Shown: positions 8,498-17,614 of the stretch, piece after piece
Position numbering within the stretch: the first letter of the stretch is position 1
Layout of the letters: every line of letters starts with the position of its first letter
DNA from: a virus
Length of the DNA: 33,570 nt
Direction: 5' to 3' (one strand)
IMG/VR virus record: IMGVR_UViG_3300022916_000637
The notes under the pieces: generated by a model
The model's input: the letters and a program-made list of their open reading frames with translations, nothing else
Databases searched by the model: none
What the model was told of the DNA's origin: nothing
Position numbers and translations under genes: made by a program

Positions 8498-9296
8498 TAA
8501 ACATAAGAACTATGAAATATTATCTTTGCTAACATATTTTTATAATGATAAATATGTACTCAAAAATCTGTATTCTGGTTACACCGAAACTACTTTTCAA
8601 TTTGTAAAAATTAATAAAGAACAGCGACTTGTTCAACATGATGAGTTTGCAAGTGAACAATATTCAATCAAAGTTGATGTTTATGATTCTAATGATAATT
8701 TCTATTATAACAGTGATAATGCTGTATTAAAAACATGTTTACGATTTACATATGACCAAAAAGATATTTATTTACTGTATCAATATAATAGTAATATGGA
8801 TCTACATACTGCTAGTGTAAATTATGGTAGACCAAATTATTATAACGTAATTGAAGAAGGTTCAGATAAATTTATCAAAGCACAGAATCGAATGATTAAT
8901 CGATTCACATTCTTTGAACTGTATGCGGATAAAATTCTACCAAATATACGCATAAAAAATGATTTTAATACATTGTATAGATTTAAGAAGTATATTAAAA
9001 ACATAATTGATTATGATTCAACGAAAGGATACGACACTCTAAGGAGTATGTGTAGATTTGTTGAAGATGATATGAAATTAAATAAGTCATATGTTATGAA
9101 TAAATTCTTAACAATAAGAAAACCTAATCGAGAATCAATCAGTTTAAGTATTGCTAATCTTGTACATAAAACAATATCAATTAGTTTGCCAGATTTTAAT
9201 TCATTTTTTAATATATTTATTCCTGTATTCGATCAACTTGGTGGTGTAAAAGAATTGGAAAATATAGTTTTAAGACAACGACTTATGGAGGAATAA
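8466..9296 (+). CDS. Hypothetical protein (276 aa) between primase and topoisomerase A
   Basis: ORF track; GGGAG RBS; no motif recognised. Confidence 0.75.
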   Translation: MSQKSITLENNKHKNYEILSLLTYFYNDKYVLKNLYSGYTETTFQFVKINKEQRLVQHDEFASEQYSIKVDVYDSNDNFYYNSDNAVLKTCLRFTYDQKDIYLLYQYNSNMDLHTASVNYGRPNYYNVIEEGSDKFIKAQNRMINRFTFFELYADKILPNIRIKNDFNTLYRFKKYIKNIIDYDSTKGYDTLRSMCRFVEDDMKLNKSYVMNKFLTIRKPNRESISLSIANLVHKTISISLPDFNSFFNIFIPVFDQLGGVKELENIVLRQRLMEE

Positions 9297-9299
9297 CAA

Positions 9300-9479
9300 T
9301 TGAAAGAACTAGAAATAAAAATTAAGTTGGAAGCATTGATTACCAGAAGATGTGCGATGGTGAGTGTAAATGAACACCTCAGATCTCGAAAAGAACCTAT
9401 AGTACATCTATTTGAAAATTTTCAAAAACTTGAACAAGAAATGTTGGATCTAGCCAAAATAGCGAGGGATTCTGACTAA
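9300..9479 (+). CDS. Hypothetical protein (59 aa, TTG start)
   Basis: Manual translation MKELEIKIKLEALITRRCAMVSVNEHLRSRKEPIVHLFENFQKLEQEMLDLAKIARDSD; GGAGG upstream; TAATG overlap with the next gene. Confidence 0.55.
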   Translation: MKELEIKIKLEALITRRCAMVSVNEHLRSRKEPIVHLFENFQKLEQEMLDLAKIARDSD

Positions 9480-10828
9480 TGGAAAAAGTTATTCCAATTT
9501 TTTATACTGAATATTTCAAATATATTTCTCGTTTTAGAATGATTCCTAATCCTGTAGATTGTTTGACACCTGTTTATAGACGGTTATTACTAAGCATGCA
9601 TGATATTGCTTCTAAAAAATTTACTAAGTGTTCAAAGATTACTGGTTATGCTACTGGTACTTATCATCCACATGGAACATTAGCTGCATATGGAGCACTA
9701 ATAACTCTTTATAAACAAGGATTTGTAGACAATCAAGGAAATTTTGGAACACCTGGATTAGATGATGCTAACCCTAGTGCAGAAAGATATACTGAAGCTA
9801 AACTAAAAAAATGGGTTGATGAATTTTGTTTTAAATATATTAATCTTGTTCCTTGGGATGAATATGAATATGAAAACGAACCTTTATTTATACCATCACC
9901 TATACCAATAGGATTAATTGGTGATGGTGATATTTATATGGGTATAGCTGCACACCGAACAATTATTCCAAGATACAAATTAAGTGATCTAGCAAAAAGA
10001 TTAAAATATTTGATAACTGAAGATGAATTAGATAAAATCATAATATATCCAAATCTAACTAAAGACGGTTGTTCTATTAAACGAGATGATATTCAAGCAG
10101 AAAAGATTTTAACTAATGGCTCTGGTACTCTAACAATTATTCCTAATTGTGTTTCTAAAAATAAAGAATTAAGAATCTTAGGAAGAGTACCACAAACGAC
10201 ATTTGCATCTTTAAAAGATGACGATAGATTACACTGTGAATGTTATTCTGGTGCAACAATTGATGTTAGTGTTAAACCAACTAAAAGAGAAGATCTACAA
10301 ACATTTTATAAATATATATATAAGAAACACCTAATCAAAAACATTAATTTTATCATATATATTTGTGAAAATGATGGGTCTGTTAAGCAAGAAGGTGTTG
10401 ATGATATCTTACTCAGGTGTTATGAGTATTATGTAGAGATTGTTAAATTTAGTCTTATTAATGAATGTATCAAACATATCGATAAGAAGTTCACTAACGA
10501 AATTATTTTAATCATTCGTGAAATATTAAGAAATCACCCAACTGTAAAATCTATTGATGAAATTATTAAAATCTTTGCTCTTAAAAATTATAAGATTAAG
10601 ACTGAAGATTATTATCAAGATCAAGATCAATTCATGTTGGTCGAAAAAACTATCTCTAATGAAGATATTAAAAACGTATGTACAACCAAAAGTATCAAAT
10701 CATTAATCGAACATAATGTTAATATTCAAGAGAATGATAAAAATATAAAAGATATTAAATTGAAAATAAGTAATAACGTAAATGATTGTTACGCTCTAAT
10801 TTGTAATTTTTGTAGTTCTAATATTTAA
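9479..10828 (+). CDS. gyrA: Type IIA topoisomerase subunit A (GyrA/ParC/T4 gp52-like), no C-terminal pinwheel domain
   Basis: D-CL-TPVYRR, YHPHG, QGNFG and catalytic-Tyr motif SAERYTEAKL; 449 aa. Confidence 0.88.
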   Translation: MEKVIPIFYTEYFKYISRFRMIPNPVDCLTPVYRRLLLSMHDIASKKFTKCSKITGYATGTYHPHGTLAAYGALITLYKQGFVDNQGNFGTPGLDDANPSAERYTEAKLKKWVDEFCFKYINLVPWDEYEYENEPLFIPSPIPIGLIGDGDIYMGIAAHRTIIPRYKLSDLAKRLKYLITEDELDKIIIYPNLTKDGCSIKRDDIQAEKILTNGSGTLTIIPNCVSKNKELRILGRVPQTTFASLKDDDRLHCECYSGATIDVSVKPTKREDLQTFYKYIYKKHLIKNINFIIYICENDGSVKQEGVDDILLRCYEYYVEIVKFSLINECIKHIDKKFTNEIILIIREILRNHPTVKSIDEIIKIFALKNYKIKTEDYYQDQDQFMLVEKTISNEDIKNVCTTKSIKSLIEHNVNIQENDKNIKDIKLKISNNVNDCYALICNFCSSNI

Positions 10829-10836
10829 GGAGTATT

Positions 10837-11004
10837 ATGGGTCATTCTATAGATACTGATACTGCTTACATTCTTCCAGAAATATTAGAAGGTGTTATTA
10901 ATGGGTATATGTTAGGCATGTCAGAGTTTGAAATTATGGACGTTTATGGTATAGGTCATAACTTAGTTGTTTCAATTCTTGATAAATACACACAGTACTT
11001 ATAA
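10837..11004 (+). CDS. Hypothetical protein (55 aa)
   Basis: Manual translation MGHSIDTDTAYILPEILEGVINGYMLGMSEFEIMDVYGIGHNLVVSILDKYTQYL; AAGGAG RBS. Confidence 0.55.
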   Translation: MGHSIDTDTAYILPEILEGVINGYMLGMSEFEIMDVYGIGHNLVVSILDKYTQYL

Positions 11005-11030
11005 TTCTAGTAATAAAGGAGATAAATAGT

Positions 11031-11752
11031 ATGAAGTCATTTTACACACAGAAAGATATTGATTATTCTTTAAGTAACTATTCTTTCAAAGGTAAAAAAA
11101 TAATAAATACCAAAAAGAAAATTATATAAAAGAATATGTTTTCGATATTCCAAAAGGTATATATGATATATTTATTAAATATTATAACCATAATTTTATA
11201 ATATCGGATAAACATAATAATTGTGGTGCAACAGCTGACGCTAAACTATCAACAAGAATCGATAAAAAGTCTAAAAAAATTATTCCAATACTAACTTGCA
11301 GAAAAGCTATAGTTCTTGAGCCAGGAAACTCAATAGTTGATAATCCTGATGAAGCAAAAGAACTATTAAATAAAACATATGAAGTATTTAAAAATCAATA
11401 TGATAAAGTTAAAAATGAAAAAATTCAAGCGGATTACAGTAGAACTAAAGACATTTTGTATAAACTAGCAAAAGAAAAAATTGAAGATACCGATGAGATG
11501 ATCAAACTCAAGAAGAAAAGATCTGACTTTTATGAAAAAGCAAGTAAGGTCGACGCTCAAATAAATAAACTTAATGAAAAAATTCAAGATGAAAAATTGT
11601 TAGAGGTTTGTAATGAAATAAAGAAAAACGACTATAAAATTCCAGAAGAGGAAATTGAAAGATTTCTTTGTACAACAACATATTTTGAGAAGTCGGCAAT
11701 CATTCAAGCGGTGACTGAAGTGATTGCTAGAATAGATGAAAATGATGAATAG
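11031..11752 (+). CDS. Hypothetical ~240-aa protein interrupted by a frameshift near an A7 run
   Basis: ATG 11031 (AAGGAG RBS) stops at 11127-11129; a second frame is open from 11096 to 11752 with no ATG/GTG/TTG before 11456; one extra A in 11094-11100 joins them. Confidence 0.6.
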
Positions 11753-11761
11753 GAGAAATAA

Positions 11762-12142
11762 TTGTCAAAATCTAAGAATAAAGCAAACAATCAACCAGAT
11801 AATTTTTGTGAATTTTGTAATGACAAAATTCCAAGAAATCTAACTAATTGGTGGCGACGAACAGCATGTGAAAAAGAAGAATGTCAAGAGAAAAAACGAT
11901 TAAAAATTTTAGAAAGATCTAGAAACTACCAAAGAAAAATACCATTTAAAGATGTTTTACGTAAATCACCAAAAGAAATTCTTGGTAAATTTAATGGTAG
12001 ACGTTGTGTTAAATGTAATAAAAAATTAAGAGAACCTTTTAGATTTCGATGTCCTACTTGTTTTGCATCAGTATCAAACGCATTTTATGATTTTGATAGT
12101 GTTGATAGTAGCAGACATAAATCATCACATTTATATGAGTAA
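11762..12142 (+). CDS. Basic Zn-finger protein
   Basis: CEFC, C-x4-C, CVKC and CPTC motifs; TTG start after AGGAG. Confidence 0.7.
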   Translation: MSKSKNKANNQPDNFCEFCNDKIPRNLTNWWRRTACEKEECQEKKRLKILERSRNYQRKIPFKDVLRKSPKEILGKFNGRRCVKCNKKLREPFRFRCPTCFASVSNAFYDFDSVDSSRHKSSHLYE

Positions 12143-12152
12143 TAGGAGATTC

Positions 12153-12365
12153 ATGAAAGCACCAAACGAAAAACCAGAAATTGAAATAGATTTAGATGGT
12201 GAAGACGGAAACGCTTTCGTAATAATTGGTAAAACTTGTAAATCTCTCTTTAATGAGGGAGCAGATGAAGAGTATCTTAATAAATATAGAGATGAAGCTA
12301 TGAGTGGAGATTATGAAAATCTCTTAAAAATAACATCTCAGTATGTAAATCTTAACCTAAAATAA
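12153..12365 (+). CDS. Small hypothetical protein (70 aa)
   Basis: ATG 12153 after AGGAG (track start 12063 overlaps the previous gene); DGNAF-x-IIG...SGDY-x2-LL pattern recalled from phage hypotheticals. Confidence 0.65.
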   Translation: MKAPNEKPEIEIDLDGEDGNAFVIIGKTCKSLFNEGADEEYLNKYRDEAMSGDYENLLKITSQYVNLNLK

Positions 12366-12370
12366 TCTAA

Positions 12371-12435
12371 TATCCTTAGCTACTTCGGTAGCTAGGGATA
12401 ATTTATATTTTCTTTGTTTTAATATAGAAATAATA
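12371..12435 (+). promoter_or_regulatory. UUCG terminator hairpin + TATAGAAATAATA putative promoter, copy 2
   Basis: TATCCTTAGCTAC-TTCG-GTAGCTAGGGATA (12371-12400), then ATTTATATTTTCTTTGTTTTAA and TATAGAAATAATA (12423-12435). Confidence 0.75.
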
Positions 12436-12483
12436 AGATAATAGTAATTTGCTTAAATTTATTTTTAAATTAAAGGAGAAAGT

Positions 12484-15400
12484 ATGACTATTTTTAGAGC
12501 TTTCGGAAGACACATTGATAAAATTAAACCTGTAGATATAAAAATAGATCAAAATGAAGATTTTGAAATAATCACACAGAGGAACCAACAAAGAGAAGTT
12601 TTTGAAGAAAATCGAAATTCAAAATATTTTCAACTGATACAACCACCTGGATCAGGTAAATCTATTAATGTTGCTTTTGTTATGGCTGATAGATTGAAAA
12701 ATAATCCAAACATGAAAGTTGTTATAGCTGTACCTCAAACATTTATTGCAAAATCTTTTGGAAAAATGATTCTTCAATATGATGATGGTACACAAATTAA
12801 TTGGGATTGTTTTCATGATCTTTGCAAGAAATCTAACCTTCAAAAAATCAAATACTTAACTAAATTTCTTAAAAAGAAAGAATTTGAACCTGGTATTGAA
12901 AATCGTGTGGCTATTGTTACACATTCTACTTTAGCTCAAACATATTCAAAAGTATCAAAATTTAATGATATATTTGATAATACTACAATCGTAATTGATG
13001 AAGCTCATCATATAATGTATGAGGATAATGAAACATCAAATAGAATTGGAAGTATGGTCAATCATATTTTTAAAAATAAATCTGATAGTTCTCTTTGGTT
13101 AGTAACAGCTACACCATATCGTGGTGATAGTAATTCTATTATACCTAAAGAAATTCTAGATACATTTGATAAGCATTTTCTTCCTCTAGATAAACATTGG
13201 GAAGAAAATATTAAGTATATTGAAGATTTTACTTTTAATTTTGTTATATACAAACAATATGAAATATTTGATGAAGTTAAGAAAGTATTTAAATTAGGAC
13301 ACAAAAAGAGCATAATTTTCTGTCCTTATGTTGGTCATCTTATGAATGATAGTAATAAGAATAAATTTAAAGATAAACTTATTAAAACTATCAAAGAAGA
13401 GTGGCATGATTGTAAAATTCTTGATCTTATTGAAACCAACGGTAGAGATAAGAGAAAAGAAATACTCCTTGATAATAGAGATGCTAAACATGTTGATGTG
13501 ATACTAACTCTTAAAATATTTGATGAAGGATCAGATTGGGTTCATGCAGAACAATGTCTTGATTTAGCACCTTCAAATACTTTAAGAATAACACATCAAC
13601 GTTTCGGTAGATTGTGGAGAGATTTCTTTAATAAGAAATCAATAATATATTACTGTTTTCTTCCTTTTGAAAGTAAATTTAAAAACGAAGAAGAAAGGCG
13701 AATACATTTAAGTAAAAGTTTCAATGCTCTAGCAACATCTTTATTGTTACAAGACATTATTGAACCAATTAAATACCCAACAAAATTAAAATCAAATAAT
13801 AGAAGAGAGTTATATATTAATCCTCTAGAGGAAATATTTCCAGATGATGATGAAAGAGCAAAATTATTGGAGAACATAATTAAAAAACTAATAGTTATGA
13901 AATCTGTTTCAGAAGATCCATCTGCTCAAGATGTTAAACAATGGATCAAATGTTTATTAACATCAGAGAACATAATTAAAAATCAAGACCAAATCATTAA
14001 TCACATCGGTTTAGTTTTTAGAAAAATGCACAATCAAAAACATATTATTAAATCAATTGATTATTCTAAAAATAATTCAAATTATTTTATCGAAGATTTT
14101 GATAAAATTTGGTTGAATGACATCTTTGAAGATTTAAGAATTTTTGGAACTAATACATGTACATCAAAAACATTTCAAGAATTTAGAGATGTTATTAAGG
14201 GAGAAAGAAAATCTATAGAAGAATGGGTACAAATAGCTGAGAAATTAACTGAAGAAAATGGTGGAAAATTACCACCATCTAAATGGTTAAGAGAGAATGG
14301 GTATAATGGATTAGAAATTTGTTTGTATAAATATAAAAATTCATTTAAACATATTCTTAAAGAAAATTTATATAAAGAAAGAAATTCACCAGAGGATTGG
14401 GTTAAAATTGCAGAGAAGTTAGCTAAAGATAATGGTGGAAAATTACAATCATATATTTGGTTAAAAAGAAATGGTTATATGGGGTTAACTGCTCTCTTGT
14501 ATAGTAAACATAAGAAAATGTTTGATCATATTAAAAGAAAATATGATTCTATGCCTCCAGAAAAATGGCTTAAAATAGCCGAGAATCTAGTTAAAGACAA
14601 TGGTGGAAAATTGCCACCAGCTACATGGTTGATAGAAAATGGGTATTCAAATTTACTTTACCATTTAAACAAAAAATCATTTTCACATATTGATAGAGAT
14701 TTTATTAATGATCCGTGTAAATCTCTGGATGAATGGATCGAAATAGCCGAGAAGTTAGCTAAAGACAATGGTGGAAAATTACCACCAGTTAAATGGTTAA
14801 GAAAGAATGGGTACGGAAGATTAGTAAACCATCTTTGTATAAACAAAAAATCATTTTCACATATTGATAGAGATTTTATTAATGATCCGTGTAAATCTCT
14901 GGATGAATGGATCGAAATAGCCGAGAAGTTAGCTAAAGACAATGGTGGAAAATTACCATCACTTAGTTGGTTGAAAACAAATGGTTATCGTAAGTTATAT
15001 CAATGTATAATATCAAATAGAGATACATTTTCTCATATTAAAAGAAATGATAATAATCTTAAATCTCTGGATGAATGGATCGAAATAGCCGAGAAGTTAG
15101 CTAAAGACAATGGTGGAAAATTGCCACCAGCTAAATGGTTAAAAACAAATGGTTATAATACATTAATTCGTATTATATACGCAAATAAAAAATCATTCAA
15201 ACATATTAAAAGAGATTATTGTCACAAACCTTCAGATGAATGGATCGAAATAGCCGAGAAGTTAGCTAAAGACAATGGTGGAAAATTACCACCAGCTAAA
15301 TGGTTAAGAGAGAATGGACACAAAAGATTAGTAGTTTATCTTTCTTTAAACAAAAAATCATTTTCACATATTGATAGAGATTTTATGGTTAATCCTAGTA

Positions 15401-15555
15401 AATCTTTTGAGGATTGGTTAGAAATAGCAGAGATTCTTGCTAAAGACAATGGTGGAAAATTACCACCAGCTACATGGTTAAAAAAGAATGGATATTATGG
15501 ATTAGTCAATCGAATATACAAAAAGAAAGAATTATTTCAACATATCCTTAGATAA
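12484..15555 (+). CDS. SF2 (DEAH) helicase/ATPase with eight C-terminal tandem repeats
   Basis: Motif I QPPGSGKS, II VIDEAHH, III VTATP, V FDEGSD, VI QRFGR; C-terminal ~450 aa is 8 copies of W-x2-IAE-x-L-x3-NGGKL-x4-WL-x2-NG[YH]. Confidence 0.85.
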   Translation: MTIFRAFGRHIDKIKPVDIKIDQNEDFEIITQRNQQREVFEENRNSKYFQLIQPPGSGKSINVAFVMADRLKNNPNMKVVIAVPQTFIAKSFGKMILQYDDGTQINWDCFHDLCKKSNLQKIKYLTKFLKKKEFEPGIENRVAIVTHSTLAQTYSKVSKFNDIFDNTTIVIDEAHHIMYEDNETSNRIGSMVNHIFKNKSDSSLWLVTATPYRGDSNSIIPKEILDTFDKHFLPLDKHWEENIKYIEDFTFNFVIYKQYEIFDEVKKVFKLGHKKSIIFCPYVGHLMNDSNKNKFKDKLIKTIKEEWHDCKILDLIETNGRDKRKEILLDNRDAKHVDVILTLKIFDEGSDWVHAEQCLDLAPSNTLRITHQRFGRLWRDFFNKKSIIYYCFLPFESKFKNEEERRIHLSKSFNALATSLLLQDIIEPIKYPTKLKSNNRRELYINPLEEIFPDDDERAKLLENIIKKLIVMKSVSEDPSAQDVKQWIKCLLTSENIIKNQDQIINHIGLVFRKMHNQKHIIKSIDYSKNNSNYFIEDFDKIWLNDIFEDLRIFGTNTCTSKTFQEFRDVIKGERKSIEEWVQIAEKLTEENGGKLPPSKWLRENGYNGLEICLYKYKNSFKHILKENLYKERNSPEDWVKIAEKLAKDNGGKLQSYIWLKRNGYMGLTALLYSKHKKMFDHIKRKYDSMPPEKWLKIAENLVKDNGGKLPPATWLIENGYSNLLYHLNKKSFSHIDRDFINDPCKSLDEWIEIAEKLAKDNGGKLPPVKWLRKNGYGRLVNHLCINKKSFSHIDRDFINDPCKSLDEWIEIAEKLAKDNGGKLPSLSWLKTNGYRKLYQCIISNRDTFSHIKRNDNNLKSLDEWIEIAEKLAKDNGGKLPPAKWLKTNGYNTLIRIIYANKKSFKHIKRDYCHKPSDEWIEIAEKLAKDNGGKLPPAKWLRENGHKRLVVYLSLNKKSFSHIDRDFMVNPSKSFEDWLEIAEILAKDNGGKLPPATWLKKNGYYGLVNRIYKKKELFQHILR
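14209..15552 (+). repeat. Eight tandem ~165-177-nt (~55-59 aa) in-frame repeats
   Basis: NGGKL occurs 8 times; 14666-14784 and 14840-14958 are identical over 119 nt. Confidence 0.92.
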
Positions 15556-15576
15556 TATTAATTGAGGGTTTAAATA

Positions 15577-16299
15577 ATGCGCAATACACAACCTAATTAT
15601 GTACATAGTAGTCCTTGGGATGATGATATAAAAGTGGAAGCTAGATATAAAACGATAATTAAAATATATCGTAAAGTATTTAGAAGGTTATCAATTCCTG
15701 AAAACTCAGAGTATTGGACAATGTGTGGAGCGCATTATACTCGAACTTCTTCTATAGTGGGTGAATTAGGGCATTTGGTTAATTCCAACCTAATTCACCC
15801 AGATCAATTCTACGGAGTTGATCGAGAAGAAAAAGTGATTAAAACTAATGCGAAATATTATCCACACATTAAATGGATTCATGGAGATTTCCTTGAAACT
15901 ATTTGCGAAAGAATAATAGGCAAACAATTCAACCCATCAATTATTAATTATGATGGTGTAATGCAACCAAAATATGGATCTGATTATCTTAAGAAAATTA
16001 TGAAAACTATAGATAATGGAGTTAAAAACGAATTACTACTTATTAGTAATTTTGTATTAAAAAATCCATATATTTTTTCAGAAAAATCAGAGTTTCAAAT
16101 AAGTGATATATTCGACATATTATTAAAAGAATATTGGATACCAGATCATTGGTCTATATACCCACAAGGGTATCCTTATAAACATGGTAAAACTCAAATG
16201 GGTACAGTTATCTTTATAAAGAAACCACATGATCCATTAAATATAACTTATACTAAAGGGAGAAATCTCTTGTGGAAGGAAAAATCAAATGCCAAATAG
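15577..16299 (+). CDS. Putative class I SAM-dependent methyltransferase-fold protein
   Basis: Order of Rossmann-like elements YWTMCG ... FYGVDRE ... WIHGDFL ... IINYDG; no canonical DNA-MTase DPPY motif seen. Confidence 0.4.
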   Translation: MRNTQPNYVHSSPWDDDIKVEARYKTIIKIYRKVFRRLSIPENSEYWTMCGAHYTRTSSIVGELGHLVNSNLIHPDQFYGVDREEKVIKTNAKYYPHIKWIHGDFLETICERIIGKQFNPSIINYDGVMQPKYGSDYLKKIMKTIDNGVKNELLLISNFVLKNPYIFSEKSEFQISDIFDILLKEYWIPDHWSIYPQGYPYKHGKTQMGTVIFIKKPHDPLNITYTKGRNLLWKEKSNAK

Positions 16300-17032
16300 A
16301 GTGATATATGAACCAAAAGGTTCTGCTAAAGAATATGCAGATCTTGCGCTCAATCTTTATATAGGTTGTAATCATGGTTGTAAGTACTGCTTTGTCCCTG
16401 GTGTTTGTAAAATCACTAGAGAAAATTTTAACGGAACAATTAAACCAAAAAAGGATATTATTACGAGATTAATAAGAGACTTAGAATTGATTGAAAAGAA
16501 TGATGAATTCGAAAAATCTCAAGTTCTTATGTCATTCACTAGTGATCCTTATCAACCACTAGAGGAAGAACTAAAACTAACACGAACATCAATTAAATTA
16601 TTAAATTCGTTTGATTTTCCTGTTCGAATACTTACAAAAGGAGAAGATTTAGCTCAAAGAGATTTTGATCTTTTGTCTCAAGTTCAAGAAAACGAATTCG
16701 GTATTACTTTAGTTATGTTAAATGAAGATTTACAAAAAGAATGGGAACCATTTGCAGCTTCCCCCAAACAAAGGATTGAAAATCTAAGAAGAGCCAAAAA
16801 AAGAAACATTAAAACTTGGTTAAGTTTAGAGCCAATTATTGATCTTCAAGAAGCATTAGATGTTATCGATAATACTCATGAATTCACAGATTTTTATGGT
16901 GTTGGTAAATTGAATTATAACAAACACCAAAAAACAATAAACTGGAAAGAAGTCAAAGAGAAGGTTGAGAAAAAATTGAATCATTATGGTAAAAAGTATA
17001 TGATTCATAAATCATTAGAGGAGGCCCAATGA
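16289..17032 (+). CDS. Radical SAM protein (SplB/photolyase-like, Rv2578c-like branch)
   Basis: LNLYIGCNHGCKYC = CxxxCxxC; SF-x-SDPYQP, ILTK and SLEP elements typical of that branch. Confidence 0.85.
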   Translation: MPNRVIYEPKGSAKEYADLALNLYIGCNHGCKYCFVPGVCKITRENFNGTIKPKKDIITRLIRDLELIEKNDEFEKSQVLMSFTSDPYQPLEEELKLTRTSIKLLNSFDFPVRILTKGEDLAQRDFDLLSQVQENEFGITLVMLNEDLQKEWEPFAASPKQRIENLRRAKKRNIKTWLSLEPIIDLQEALDVIDNTHEFTDFYGVGKLNYNKHQKTINWKEVKEKVEKKLNHYGKKYMIHKSLEEAQ

Positions 17033-17241
17033 AAGAATTAGACATTGAAGAAAATGAAGAAAGCGAAATTAGAATTGGGGATTTTGTAATTAATTTATCT
17101 CTAACTCCTGAAAAGGATCTTATGGCATCTTTTGCTAGAAATCAAGATCCAAGTGAAGACAATCCAGATAGTCCAGAAAGTCCAAATGGTGCTTTTGAAG
17201 ATTTTGTGTTTTCAAGAAAAAATATTCATGATTACGAATAA
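17029..17241 (+). CDS. Small acidic protein (70 aa)
   Basis: GAGGAGG RBS; ATGA overlap with the radical SAM gene. Confidence 0.65.
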   Translation: MKELDIEENEESEIRIGDFVINLSLTPEKDLMASFARNQDPSEDNPDSPESPNGAFEDFVFSRKNIHDYE

Positions 17242-17253
17242 ATCATCACAAAG

Positions 17254-17313
17254 ACCCGGCTGCTTCGGCAGTCGGGTAATTTATATTTTCTCTGTTTTTA
17301 TATAGAAATAATA
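17254..17313 (+). promoter_or_regulatory. UUCG terminator hairpin + TATAGAAATAATA putative promoter, copy 3
   Basis: ACCCGGCTGC-TTCG-GCAGTCGGGT (17254-17277), then AATTTATATTTTCTCTGTTTTTA and TATAGAAATAATA (17301-17313). Confidence 0.75.
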
Positions 17314-17375
17314 TAAATAATCATTATTTTTAAATATAAATAGACAGGAGGCTTTTTAAATGGAGACAATGAATA

Positions 17376-17576
17376 ATGAAAAATGAATTTACTAAACACA
17401 AATATCGAGTAATTTGTAAATGTGGTCATGAACAGGTTAATGAAGATGATAGTGTAGTATTAAAATGTAAATTAGTTAAAACTAATTATTGCAAAACATG
17501 TGAATCACAATATACCGAAATACCTACACAAACACAAATATTTTTCACACATGATGGAAAAAGAATTTATTTATAA
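17376..17576 (+). CDS. Small Zn-ribbon-like protein
   Basis: CKCGH ... CKTC motifs. Confidence 0.6.
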   Translation: MKNEFTKHKYRVICKCGHEQVNEDDSVVLKCKLVKTNYCKTCESQYTEIPTQTQIFFTHDGKRIYL

Positions 17577-17614
17577 TAGTATCAAACATAAATCTAAAGG
17601 GTTAGGATATAATA

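Noticed and set aside
14666-15290. CRISPR-like pattern of ~50-nt near-identical repeats with variable spacers
   Set aside because: The repeats lie in frame within a 1023-aa ORF and encode a protein repeat; the period (~165-177 nt) is too long for CRISPR and no cas genes are present.
16289-17032. Radical SAM gene as the missing queE
   Set aside because: The motif context (LNLYIGC...SDPYQP...ILTK...SLEP) fits the SplB/Rv2578c-like branch rather than QueE, and the gene is 13 kb from queC/queD.
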